Source: an uncultured cyanobacterium | Lineage (GTDB): Bacteria; Cyanobacteriota; Cyanobacteriia; Cyanobacteriales; CAWUOF01 | Length of the DNA stretch: 64,000 bases | Assembly (NCBI GenBank): GCA_963744145.1 | Contig: CAVUSO010000001.1 | Span: forward strand, 6,624,001 to 6,688,000 | Direction of reading: 5' to 3' | Part shown: piece after piece, positions 21,077 through 30,447 of the stretch | Layout: every line of letters begins with the position of its first letter | Position numbering within the stretch: position 1 is the stretch's first letter | Program-made: the position numbers and the translations under genes | Notes under the pieces: model-generated | The model's database searches: none | What the model was told of the DNA's origin: nothing | The model's input: only the letters and a program-made list of their open reading frames with translations

Positions 21077-21565
21077 TTACTTGATAAACTGCAACAGATC
21101 GAACTCTTGACGAATATCGAGCAGAGAACGATCGAGCAAAGGCTCAAATTCTAGAAAAGGCAATCGCTTCTGGTGTTTTCGAGTTTTGAACCAAATCGGG
21201 ATTAATGCTGGTATCAAAGCAGGAAGAACTCTAAATACTGCCCCATAAAGCCAAAGGACACCCTTCTCTTTAATCATGTCGGCATACATTACGTCTACAG
21301 CGGGTGAATTTTTCATCTTGAGATAGGTCTGAAACCTGCATTCACTCGTCCACCAGAAGAGTGGCAGAATCTTTAACTCATCGTACATTCCTGTGTCACA
21401 GCCATAGATGACATGACCCACATCGTGAGCTAGCAAGATTTTGGCAAATTCTGACGGTTGTGTCTCAGGTGGAGTTATATGTGGATTTAGAGCATAATAC
21501 TCGGCTAAACCTTCTCGAAGGGTTTGAGTGCTGTCTTTGTCCATGTATTGAGGAGATTGGCTCAT
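21077..21565 (-). CDS. Hypothetical protein, possibly Coq4-like (HDxxH)
   Basis: LAHDVGHVIYGCDT motif; divergent from tetR. Confidence 0.6.
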   Translation of the reverse strand: MSQSPQYMDKDSTQTLREGLAEYYALNPHITPPETQPSEFAKILLAHDVGHVIYGCDTGMYDELKILPLFWWTSECRFQTYLKMKNSPAVDVMYADMIKEKGVLWLYGAVFRVLPALIPALIPIWFKTRKHQKRLPFLEFEPLLDRSLLDIRQEFDLLQFIK

Positions 21566-21578
21566 AATTCTATTTAGA

Positions 21579-21595
21579 TACGATACTGTACCGTA
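21579..21595. promoter_or_regulatory. Putative TetR operator
   Basis: Imperfect palindrome TACGATACTGTACCGTA in the 46-bp divergent intergenic gap. Confidence 0.5.
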
Positions 21596-21611
21596 AATTA
21601 TCATAGCACTT

Positions 21612-22196
21612 ATGAGTAACACCGACAAAAAGCTGCCTGGAAGACCCCGAAGTCTCCAATCTCATCAAGCTATGTTGCAAGCAACCTTAGAACTGCTGGC
21701 AGAAGTTGGCTTTGATGCCATGAGTATTGATGCGATCGCGACTCGTGCTAGAGTCGGTAAGACAACCATTTATCGCCGCTATGCCTCAAAAGAAGAACTG
21801 GTAGCAGATGCCATTGAAAGTGTACGAGAAGAAATTGTAATTCCTGACACAGGTAATCTTCAGGGCGATATTGATGCACTTATTCAGAATGCAGCACAAA
21901 TCACCCTCAGTCCACTCGGACGACAGACTGTTGCCATGATCATCAGTAGTGCATCTAGTAATGCTCAATTTGCTCAAATCTACTGGGCAAAATATCTGCA
22001 ACCTCGACGAAAAACTTTTGCGATTGTCTTGGAACGGGCAAAGGCAAGAAACGAAATTCCCACAGCTCTAGACTCCGATCTGGTTTTTGATACAATGAGC
22101 GGAATCATGCTCTATACTTTAATTTTTCAACCGACTTCTGAATCTTGGACAGCCTATGTTCACCGTGCCCTAAGTCTATTGTTGAGAAACGCCTGA
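21612..22196 (+). CDS. TetR/AcrR-family regulator
   Basis: GRPRS...IATRARVGKTTIYRRYASKEEL. Confidence 0.92.
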   Translation: MSNTDKKLPGRPRSLQSHQAMLQATLELLAEVGFDAMSIDAIATRARVGKTTIYRRYASKEELVADAIESVREEIVIPDTGNLQGDIDALIQNAAQITLSPLGRQTVAMIISSASSNAQFAQIYWAKYLQPRRKTFAIVLERAKARNEIPTALDSDLVFDTMSGIMLYTLIFQPTSESWTAYVHRALSLLLRNA

Positions 22197-22199
22197 ACA

Positions 22200-22386
22200 C
22201 AAAATGATCATCTCGAACATTGAGACTCACCGACGGAAAGTGACCTTTTGCTGCTTCTAAAAGCTGCATTAATAGCTGACTTCCAATCCCTTGTCCTCCA
22301 TATTCCGGTAATACCGCGATCGCTAACTCTGGGATTTGATCAATGATATAGCCAAACCCTTTGTCTTCCCCCACCCACAAACGCAA
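22200..22386 (-). pseudogene. GNAT acetyltransferase fragment
   Basis: ELAIAVLPEYGGQGIGSQLL motif A; both ends are missing. Confidence 0.65.
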
Positions 22387-22680
22387 ACAAGCTGGATCAT
22401 TACACCTCTTGCTTGCACCTGACTACATTTCTATAGCATTGTAATCTATACGTTGCTGCCTTTTCGTACTTTTTCAGCAAACCCTAATTATTATTAGGTA
22501 ATAACAATAGTCCGGACAGTTTTAAATCACCAACAGCAGAATGCGGGTTTCAGCCCCCTCACCAAGGTCAAGTTTTCACAACAGAATGCAGGTTTCAGCC
22601 GCTATCTCAAAAACTGTTCGGGGTATTGTAATAAAATTATTTGTGATATTATTGTTATAGTATAACACCACAGATACACT

Positions 22681-25600
22681 ATGAACACGATCGCCAGTTT
22701 GGTCGGTTATGAAATAATAGAGGAAATTTACACCAGTAATCATACTCTTGTCTATCGAGGAATCCGGAGTAGTGACAACCAACCTGTTGTGATTAAAATT
22801 CTGCGAAAGGAATATCCTAACTTTAACGAGCTAGTAGAGTTTCGTAACCAATACACCATTGCGAAAAATCTCGACCTGCCTGATATTATTAAACCTCTAG
22901 CTTTAGAAGTATACTACAATAGATATGCTCTAATCATGGAAGACTTTGGTGGAGTCTCCTTAACAGATTATCTCAAAACAGCAATAAATGAAAGTAAAAT
23001 CAATAAATATTTACCTTTAGCAGAATTTCTTAAAATTACGATTCAACTGACAGACATTCTCCACTATCTCTACCAAAACCGAGTCATTCACAAAGATATT
23101 AAACCGGGCAATATTCTCATTAATCCTTATACCAAACAAATTAAGCTAATTGACTTTAGTATTTCTTCCCTATTACCACGAGAAACCCAAGAAATTCAGA
23201 ATCCTCGTGTTTTAGAAGGAACATTATCCTACATCTCTCCAGAACAAACTGGGAGGATGAATCGGGGGATTGATTATCGAAGTGATTTTTATTCTTTGGG
23301 GATTACCTGTTATGAATTATTGACAGGAGTATTACCATTTGTAACAGAAGATGCGATGGAATTAGTACATTTTCATCTCGCTAAAGATGCGATACCTATC
23401 CATAAAATTAATGCAGAAATTCCTCTAGTTTTATCAGAAATTGTCACGAAACTGATGGCGAAAAATGCTGAAGATCGCTATCAAAGTGCCTTGGGATTAA
23501 AACATGATTTAGAAATTTGTTTAGTACAGTTACAAACAACAAACAAGATCGAACCATTTGAAATCGGTCAGCGAGATATTAGCGATCGCTTTCTCATCCC
23601 GGAAAAACTTTATGGTAGAGAATCCGAAGTCCAAAGTTTACTCGATGCTTTTGTTCGAGTGAGTAAAGGGTATCCAGAAATGATGCTAGTAGCAGGTTTT
23701 TCTGGTATTGGTAAAACCGCAGTTGTGAATGAAGTCCATAAACCAATTGTCAAACAGCGAGGTTATTTTGTCAAAGGTAAATATGACCAATTTCAGCGGA
23801 ATATTCCCTTTAGTGCGTTTGTCCAAGCTTTTCGCGACTTAATGAACCAATTGCTCTCTGAATCAGATCTGCAACTACAAACATGGAAAACTCTGATTAT
23901 TGATGCAGTAGGAGATAATGGACAAGTCTTAATTGAAGTTATTCCTGAGTTAGAACAGATCATTGGTGAACAACCAACAGTACCAAAACTACCAGGGAGT
24001 GCAGCCCAAAATCGCTTTAATTTGATATTTCAAAAGTTTGTGCAAGTTTTCACTACTCAAGAACATCCATTAGTGATATTTTTAGATGACTTGCAATGGG
24101 CAGATTCAGCATCTCTAAATTTACTCCAGTTATTAATGCAAAATCAAGGATATTTATTATTAATTGGTGCTTATAGAGATAATGAAGTTTCAGGTATTCA
24201 TCCTTTAATATTAAGTTTAGAAGAAATTAAAAAAACAACAGCTATAATCAATACTATTACCCTTAATCCTCTCAGTAAATCTAGTCTCAATCAACTGATC
24301 GCAGATACGCTGAGTTGTTCTACTGAAGTTGCCGAACCATTAACTCAATTAATATATCAAAAGACGCAGGGAAATCCATTTTTTAGCACACAGTTTCTTA
24401 AAGCATTACATGAAGATGGGTTAATTCAATTTGACTTGGGTCGAGGAAATTGGCAATGTGATATTAACACAGTAAAAGCGTTATCACTCTCTAATGATGT
24501 AGTTGAATTCATGACATTGCAGTTACAGAAATTACCAGAACTAACGCAGCATATTTTGAAATTAGCAGCTTGTATAGGGAATCAATTTGACTTGCTAACA
24601 TTGGCAATTATTTTGGAAAAATCGGAAACCGAAATCGCTACAGGATTATGGAAAGCATTACAAGAAGAACTAATTTTACCCCAGGGTAAAGTTTATAAAT
24701 TTTATGTTGGACAGGAAGCTGAGGAAGTGGTGAAAAGTTCACTATCTGTGAGCTACAAATTTATCCACGATTGGGTTCAGCAAGCAGCATACTTATTGAT
24801 TTCCGAAGCACAAAAACATCATACGCATTTCAGGATTGGTCAATTATTACTGCAAGGATTATCTCAGCAGGAACAACAAGAACGTATTTTTGATATTGTG
24901 AACCAATTGAATATGGGACAATCTGTAATTGTCACCAATGAACAAAAACAACAACTTGCTCAACTAAATTTACAAGCTGCACAAAAAGCCAAACTATCAA
25001 CTGCGTATCAAGCAGCTTACAACTATTGTAAAACTGGCATTGCCCTATTATCGAAAGATGCTTGGTATACCAACTATAACCTCATGTATAGTTTGCATCG
25101 TGATGGTTCGGAAAATGCTTATCTTTGTGGTAATTTCCCTCAAGCTGAAGCGTTGTATGTAGAAGCAATCACCTATACTCAAAACCCCCTCGACCAAGCA
25201 ATAATTTATCGCATCCAGATGACCCAGTACCAGTTTCAGGGACGAAATGCAGAAGCGATCGCGATTCAACGTCAAAGTTTAAAATTACTTGGTTGGGAAA
25301 TACCGGTAGAACCAGAGATCATTCAAGCTAGTCTGGATGAAGAAATTGCTAGGGTGAAAAAGTTTTTAGAGCAGCAAAATATTGAATCCATCCTGAAATT
25401 TGCTCAAATGAAAGATGAGTATATTGCGGAAATGCTGCGAATTTTACAAATTCTCTTCTATGCAGCATGGCTTGATGGTCAACCAACTTTAGCATTACTA
25501 GCACTCGCTAAAATGACCACACTATCATTACAGTATGGTAATAGCGATATGTCGCCCTTTGGTTATGTTGGCTATGGCTTAATTGCTAATAGTCTACTCA

Positions 25601-28059
25601 AGAATACTGCGATCGCTTATCAGTTTGGGGAAATGGCAGTAAGACTGTGCGAACAGTTTGACAACGATGATGTGCGCGGGATGACTAATTTCCTCTTTGC
25701 TGCGGATGTACATAGCTGGAGTCATCCAATTCGACAAGCAGATACTTACTACGAAAACGCCTATAAATATAGTATGGAAGCTGGAAACTGGCTGACAGTT
25801 AGCTTCATGATGATGCAAAGTGGCTCCGATCGCCTGACCTACGGTAAAAATCTAGAGGATTTATATGCGATCGCTCAAAACCATGCAGCTTTTCTTCAGC
25901 ACATCAAAAGCTTAGATAATCTAGATGCTTTAATTGCCGGAGTAATTCAACCAATTCGACATCTTCTTGGTTTGACAAAAACGACTTTCACCTTTGATGA
26001 TGACAATTTTAGTGAAGCCCAGTATTTGCAAAAATACCAGAATGCCTCCTATCATTTAGCTTGGTTATATTCCGTCAAAATTCGTCATGCTTATTTATTT
26101 GATCAAAAACAGACCTACGCTGATTTAATCCCGCACTTAAACATGATCGAAAACACGATCTCCTCTCATGCAAAAATTCCTTCTAGTGTTTTTTATGTAG
26201 CATTAATGCACCTCGCTCTAGCTGAAAATACTGATCCAGATTCTTACCATTGGCAAGCGATCGCTCCTTTAGAAGAACGCTTAAAACATTGGGCAAAAGC
26301 TTGTCCTGAAAATATTCAGCATAAATTTCTACTCATCCAAGCAGAAAAAGCAAGACTAAAGAAACGAAAAACTAAGGCAATGGAACTGTATGATCAAGCC
26401 ATTACCCAAGCAAAAGCAAATAAGTATGGCTACGAAGAAGCTTTAGCGAATGAACTCACAGCTAAATTTTATCTGACTTGGGGTAAAGAAAAAGTAGCTG
26501 CTGAATATATGCAAGAAGCCTATTATTGCTATGCTCAATGGGGAGCAAAAACGAAGATAAAGGATTTAGAAAAGCTTTATCCCCAACTGCTCAGACCAAT
26601 TCTGCAAAAAACTCATGCTTATCATCCGTTCAAGGAAATTATTGCCGAAGGAACTCTTACTTCTGCTAATTGCTCTACCAGCATCTCAGAAATACTAGAT
26701 TTAGGGACTCTGCTCAAAGCATCTCAAACTATTTCGGTCGAGATTGAACTCGAAAAACTTTTAGCTACTCTGGTAAAAATAGTAATTACTAATGCAGGTG
26801 CAAATAAGTGTGTTTTACTGCTGAAAAAAGACCAGGATTTACAAGTAACAGCCAAGTTGGAACAAGACCAAGAACCTGAAATATTACCTTTCATCCCGCT
26901 AGAGTTAAGTCAAGATGTCGCGATCGGGTTGGTGAATATTGTTAAGCGTAATTTGAAACCTTTGGTAATTAATGATGTGAGTGCAAATAGTCAGTTAGTC
27001 AGCGATCGCTATTTGCTAGAACACCAACCTAAAAGTATTCTTTGTAGTCCAATGATCAATCAAGGTAAGTTAATCGGAGTTTTATATTTAGAAAATTATC
27101 TTACTATTGGAGCATTTACAAGCGATCGGGTTGAATTGCTAAATACCATTTGCACTCAAGCTGCAATTTCCTTAGAAAATGCCCATCTTTATCAAAAATC
27201 TCAACAAGCGTTTCAGGATTTACAACAGGCACAATTACAAATTGTTCAAAGTGAAAAAATGTCAGCATTGGGTAATTTAGTATCAGGGATTGCTCACGAG
27301 ATTAATAATCCTCTTGGGTTTATTTCTGCTAGTCTACCTCAAGTTAAATCTACTTTTAATGATTTTACTGAACATCTGAGACTATATCAAGAAAGTCTAG
27401 CAAATCCTAACGAAAAAATTAGAGATCATGCGGCTACAATTGATTTAGATTATAGCTTAGAAGACTTACCAAAAACCCTGAATTCAATGACAACAGCTTG
27501 TGACAGATTAAGAAATATTAGCACCAGTTTAAGAACCTTTTCCCGTGCGGATCAAGATGATCAAGTTTATTTTAATATCCATGAAGGGATTGATAGTACA
27601 ATTTTAATCCTCAATCATCGTCTCAAAGCTAATCAACACCGTCCCGCAATAAAAGTGATCACAGATTATGGTAATTTACCTAAAATCAAGTGTTTTCCTG
27701 GACAATTAAATCAAGTATTTATGAATATTTTGGCAAATGGTATTGATGCTTTAGATGAATTCAATGATGGACGTAGTTATGCTGAGATTCAAGCAAATCC
27801 TAACTTAATTACTATTAAGACATTTGGTGAAGATCACCAAGTAAAAATATCAATTGCTGATAACGGTAATGGGATGACTGAAGAAGTTAAGCAGCGAATA
27901 TTTGACCACTTATTTACTACTAAAGGGGTAGGGAAAGGAACAGGATTAGGATTGGCGATCGCACGACAGATTATTGTTGAAAAACATCAAGGAACCATTA
28001 CAGTTAACTCGGAATTAGGTGTGGGTACTGAGTTTATCTTGTCTCTACATAAGAGTTAA
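22681..28059 (+). CDS. Hybrid Ser/Thr kinase - AAA ATPase - GAF - histidine kinase
   Basis: HKDIKP, GFSGIGKT, LDDLQWAD, GVLYLEN, IAHEINNP, GTGLGL. Confidence 0.95.
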   Translation: MNTIASLVGYEIIEEIYTSNHTLVYRGIRSSDNQPVVIKILRKEYPNFNELVEFRNQYTIAKNLDLPDIIKPLALEVYYNRYALIMEDFGGVSLTDYLKTAINESKINKYLPLAEFLKITIQLTDILHYLYQNRVIHKDIKPGNILINPYTKQIKLIDFSISSLLPRETQEIQNPRVLEGTLSYISPEQTGRMNRGIDYRSDFYSLGITCYELLTGVLPFVTEDAMELVHFHLAKDAIPIHKINAEIPLVLSEIVTKLMAKNAEDRYQSALGLKHDLEICLVQLQTTNKIEPFEIGQRDISDRFLIPEKLYGRESEVQSLLDAFVRVSKGYPEMMLVAGFSGIGKTAVVNEVHKPIVKQRGYFVKGKYDQFQRNIPFSAFVQAFRDLMNQLLSESDLQLQTWKTLIIDAVGDNGQVLIEVIPELEQIIGEQPTVPKLPGSAAQNRFNLIFQKFVQVFTTQEHPLVIFLDDLQWADSASLNLLQLLMQNQGYLLLIGAYRDNEVSGIHPLILSLEEIKKTTAIINTITLNPLSKSSLNQLIADTLSCSTEVAEPLTQLIYQKTQGNPFFSTQFLKALHEDGLIQFDLGRGNWQCDINTVKALSLSNDVVEFMTLQLQKLPELTQHILKLAACIGNQFDLLTLAIILEKSETEIATGLWKALQEELILPQGKVYKFYVGQEAEEVVKSSLSVSYKFIHDWVQQAAYLLISEAQKHHTHFRIGQLLLQGLSQQEQQERIFDIVNQLNMGQSVIVTNEQKQQLAQLNLQAAQKAKLSTAYQAAYNYCKTGIALLSKDAWYTNYNLMYSLHRDGSENAYLCGNFPQAEALYVEAITYTQNPLDQAIIYRIQMTQYQFQGRNAEAIAIQRQSLKLLGWEIPVEPEIIQASLDEEIARVKKFLEQQNIESILKFAQMKDEYIAEMLRILQILFYAAWLDGQPTLALLALAKMTTLSLQYGNSDMSPFGYVGYGLIANSLLKNTAIAYQFGEMAVRLCEQFDNDDVRGMTNFLFAADVHSWSHPIRQADTYYENAYKYSMEAGNWLTVSFMMMQSGSDRLTYGKNLEDLYAIAQNHAAFLQHIKSLDNLDALIAGVIQPIRHLLGLTKTTFTFDDDNFSEAQYLQKYQNASYHLAWLYSVKIRHAYLFDQKQTYADLIPHLNMIENTISSHAKIPSSVFYVALMHLALAENTDPDSYHWQAIAPLEERLKHWAKACPENIQHKFLLIQAEKARLKKRKTKAMELYDQAITQAKANKYGYEEALANELTAKFYLTWGKEKVAAEYMQEAYYCYAQWGAKTKIKDLEKLYPQLLRPILQKTHAYHPFKEIIAEGTLTSANCSTSISEILDLGTLLKASQTISVEIELEKLLATLVKIVITNAGANKCVLLLKKDQDLQVTAKLEQDQEPEILPFIPLELSQDVAIGLVNIVKRNLKPLVINDVSANSQLVSDRYLLEHQPKSILCSPMINQGKLIGVLYLENYLTIGAFTSDRVELLNTICTQAAISLENAHLYQKSQQAFQDLQQAQLQIVQSEKMSALGNLVSGIAHEINNPLGFISASLPQVKSTFNDFTEHLRLYQESLANPNEKIRDHAATIDLDYSLEDLPKTLNSMTTACDRLRNISTSLRTFSRADQDDQVYFNIHEGIDSTILILNHRLKANQHRPAIKVITDYGNLPKIKCFPGQLNQVFMNILANGIDALDEFNDGRSYAEIQANPNLITIKTFGEDHQVKISIADNGNGMTEEVKQRIFDHLFTTKGVGKGTGLGLAIARQIIVEKHQGTITVNSELGVGTEFILSLHKS

Positions 28060-28089
28060 TAATAAACCTGGGAGGTATTTGTTTGGATC

Positions 28090-28160
28090 ATCCGCACGAG
28101 TTTAAGAAGTCCGGCATTTTTTTCAACTTGTATGTAAACTTCTTGGGTGAGGGTGCGGAT
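28090..28160 (-). ncRNA. Candidate ~70-nt structured small RNA or leader (copy A)
   Basis: Nested stems AUCCGCAC/GUGCGGAU and AAGAAGUUU/GGACUUCUU, starting 7 nt after TTGACA-N17-TATTAT (28196-28168). Confidence 0.45.
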
Positions 28161-28293
28161 TATTTTTATAATACATATATAGTACAAATTTGTCAACAGA
28201 GATTTGGGAAATTTTACAGGTATTTTGCTAAAGTTGCGGCAGTCTTTTCACCAGTTAAAGCCCAACTAAATTCCTGAGCGCGGGCTAAACCCT
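28090..28293 (-). repeat. Diverged duplicate of the glycosyltransferase 3' end and downstream region (29198-29400)
   Basis: Encodes [25 protein letters not shown] versus [25 protein letters not shown]. Confidence 0.88.
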
Positions 28294-28440
28294 CAAGTAC
28301 CCTCCAAGAACTATCATTACCAATAACTGAAACTGTATAAAGTTCCCAATCACCCGCCGCAGACAACCTCGAATACTCCCAGATAACGGTGTGCATTGGG
28401 GTTGTTATGCCGCGCCGCTTACTGGCTCATCCTTGTGCAT

Positions 28441-28794
28441 CTATATCTCGTATCCTAGCGTTACTAACACTACTTCTTCTAATTGAGCAATTGTTTCAGC
28501 ACTCAGTTGACTTAACCTCCGAATTAACCGAGTCTTATCCAGTACTCGAATTTGAAAACACAATGCAACTGAATCCTGTGATAATCCACCATCTCCCCGT
28601 TTGATCAGCATACAAATTGGTAATGAGGCGCGACGCTGGTTCGTAGTTAAGGGGATGGCAATAGTTGTTGTTGAGAACTGAGAGACGATATCATTTTGAA
28701 AAATGATGACAGGACGAACACCCGCTTGCTCAGAACCTTGAGTAGGATCAAGGTTTGCTAACCAAACTTCCCCTCGTTTAAGCTGGTCGGTCAT
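28441..28794 (-). CDS. PemK/MazF-family toxin (copy 2)
   Basis: Identical to copy 1 except one Q>R change. Confidence 0.92.
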   Translation of the reverse strand: MTDQLKRGEVWLANLDPTQGSEQAGVRPVIIFQNDIVSQFSTTTIAIPLTTNQRRASLPICMLIKRGDGGLSQDSVALCFQIRVLDKTRLIRRLSQLSAETIAQLEEVVLVTLGYEI

Positions 28795-29027
28795 TACTGA
28801 TCTTCCTGGGCAAGCATCACTCCATAATCACCCATTCCAGCTTCAGCAAGAGAACGGTCTTCTTCTGCAAACTCAGTTGCAAGGGAAGCCAACTGAACAG
28901 GATCAAGAACGATACGGCGGCGTTTATCTCGAAATTTGAGAAAAGCAATGAAGTCAGCGACTTGTTGAAGTTGCTCGTTAGTGAGTTGATCGAGATCTTG
29001 CTTAAGAGCTTCGCTAGTGACTGGCAT
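28794..29027 (-). CDS. Putative antitoxin (copy 2)
   Basis: Protein identical to 20691-20924. Confidence 0.8.
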   Translation of the reverse strand: MPVTSEALKQDLDQLTNEQLQQVADFIAFLKFRDKRRRIVLDPVQLASLATEFAEEDRSLAEAGMGDYGVMLAQEDQ

Positions 29028-29197
29028 ACTAACATAGTAAAAGGATTTTTAAGCTATTGCTCTATTATAGATAATCCGCTTCCACTATGTACCCAAGTCT
29101 CAGTAGTGGTGCGATCGTGTTTGTAGGAAGTACAGAAGGATAATCTAAAAAATTATCGCAAAAAGAGCAGTGCCAATAGACAATTTTGATTTTAATT

Positions 29198-29267
29198 ATC
29201 CGCACGAGTTTAAAAAGTCCGCCATTTTTTCATTTTGTATGTAAACTTCTTAGGTAAGGGTGCAGAT
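29198..29267 (-). ncRNA. Candidate structured small RNA or leader (copy B)
   Basis: Same stems with G-U-compatible changes; promoter TTGACA-N17-TATATT (29303-29275). Confidence 0.45.
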
Positions 29268-29320
29268 TACTCTTAATATACATATATAATAAAGATTTGT
29301 CAACTGAGATTTGGGAAATT

Positions 29321-30403
29321 TTACAAGTATTTTGCTAGAATTGCAGCAGTCTTTTCACCAGTTAAAGCCCAACTAAATTCCCTAGCTCTGGCTAAACCCT
29401 GTTGTCGTAAACGCGATCGCCAAGCTGAACTATTGACAATTGTCTCCATTGCTAATCTAATTTCATTTATATTATAGGGATTAACTAATAAAGCTGCATC
29501 AAGGGTTATTTCTGGTAAAGACGCTAGATTAGAAGTAATCACGGGTGTACCACATCCCATTGCTTCTAAAACAGGTAAACCAAAACCTTCCCACAGACTC
29601 GGAAAAATTAGCGCGATCGCTTGGTTAATTAAGATGGGTAACTCTGGATAGGGTACATATTCTAAAAATTTGACTCTTTTAGTTAACTCTAACTCTTTGA
29701 CTTGCTCGATGAGAATTTGACTATAGCGTCGATCTTTTGGTCCAACTAACCATAATTCCCCATCAGAAAAATTTGGTAAACTTGCAAATGCTGTAATTAA
29801 ACGTTGCAAATTTTTATGGGGATTCAGTCGTCCGATATAGAGAAAATAATTTTTGGTAGGTAAATCCATAAAGCGAAAATTATTAGTATCATAAGCGAGG
29901 GGAATCGGGGTAATTTTTTGAGGGTCAATATTAAAAAACTCCCTAATATCCTGTGCTGTAGCTACAGAATTACAGATAATATGTTGAGCCTGAGATAAAA
30001 CTTGAGGTATATAATAACGACAATAATAGGTCATCGGTGAAAACATCTGGGGAAATCTCAAGGGAATTAAATCATGAACCATAACCACAAACCGACTATC
30101 ACTAAATAGAGGTGCTTCAGGTAATGGTGAAAAAATTAATTGGGATTTTAATTGCTGATAAATTTGCGGTAGATGTACCTGAGTCCAAATTAATCGGCGT
30201 AAATGACCTTTAACTCCTTGTTCTGGTGTTTGTCCATCAGGAATTGGGTAATAAGTATAATCTGCGATCGGTTGAGCAGCTAATAAAGTAGGGGCAAAAT
30301 GTTTTAAATGGGGTAGCAGATTTAAACAATAGGTACTAATCCCCGTGGGACGTTTCATTAAAACTGCCAAATTGATCAAAAGTTGATGTGGGTTTAATTC
30401 CAT
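29321..30403 (-). CDS. GT4 (glycosyltransferase group 1) protein
   Basis: [31 protein letters not shown]. Confidence 0.92.
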   Translation of the reverse strand: MELNPHQLLINLAVLMKRPTGISTYCLNLLPHLKHFAPTLLAAQPIADYTYYPIPDGQTPEQGVKGHLRRLIWTQVHLPQIYQQLKSQLIFSPLPEAPLFSDSRFVVMVHDLIPLRFPQMFSPMTYYCRYYIPQVLSQAQHIICNSVATAQDIREFFNIDPQKITPIPLAYDTNNFRFMDLPTKNYFLYIGRLNPHKNLQRLITAFASLPNFSDGELWLVGPKDRRYSQILIEQVKELELTKRVKFLEYVPYPELPILINQAIALIFPSLWEGFGLPVLEAMGCGTPVITSNLASLPEITLDAALLVNPYNINEIRLAMETIVNSSAWRSRLRQQGLARAREFSWALTGEKTAAILAKYL

Positions 30404-30447
30404 TTGATGTGAATTCGAGTATGGATAAGAAGTAATCATTGACAGAT

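Larger units (their letters stand above)
28289..29094. repeat. 806-bp direct repeat, copy 2
   Basis: Near-identical to 20186-20991. Confidence 0.95.

Noticed and set aside
22537..22600. 19-bp direct repeat CAGAATGC(G/A)GGTTTCAGCC, 45-bp spacing, upstream of the kinase
   Set aside because: Only two copies; I cannot distinguish an operator from a chance duplication or a mini-array relic.
28214..28396. 60-aa ORF ending like the glycosyltransferase
   Set aside because: It is a chimera of the attC-like region and the duplicated gene end, not a real gene.
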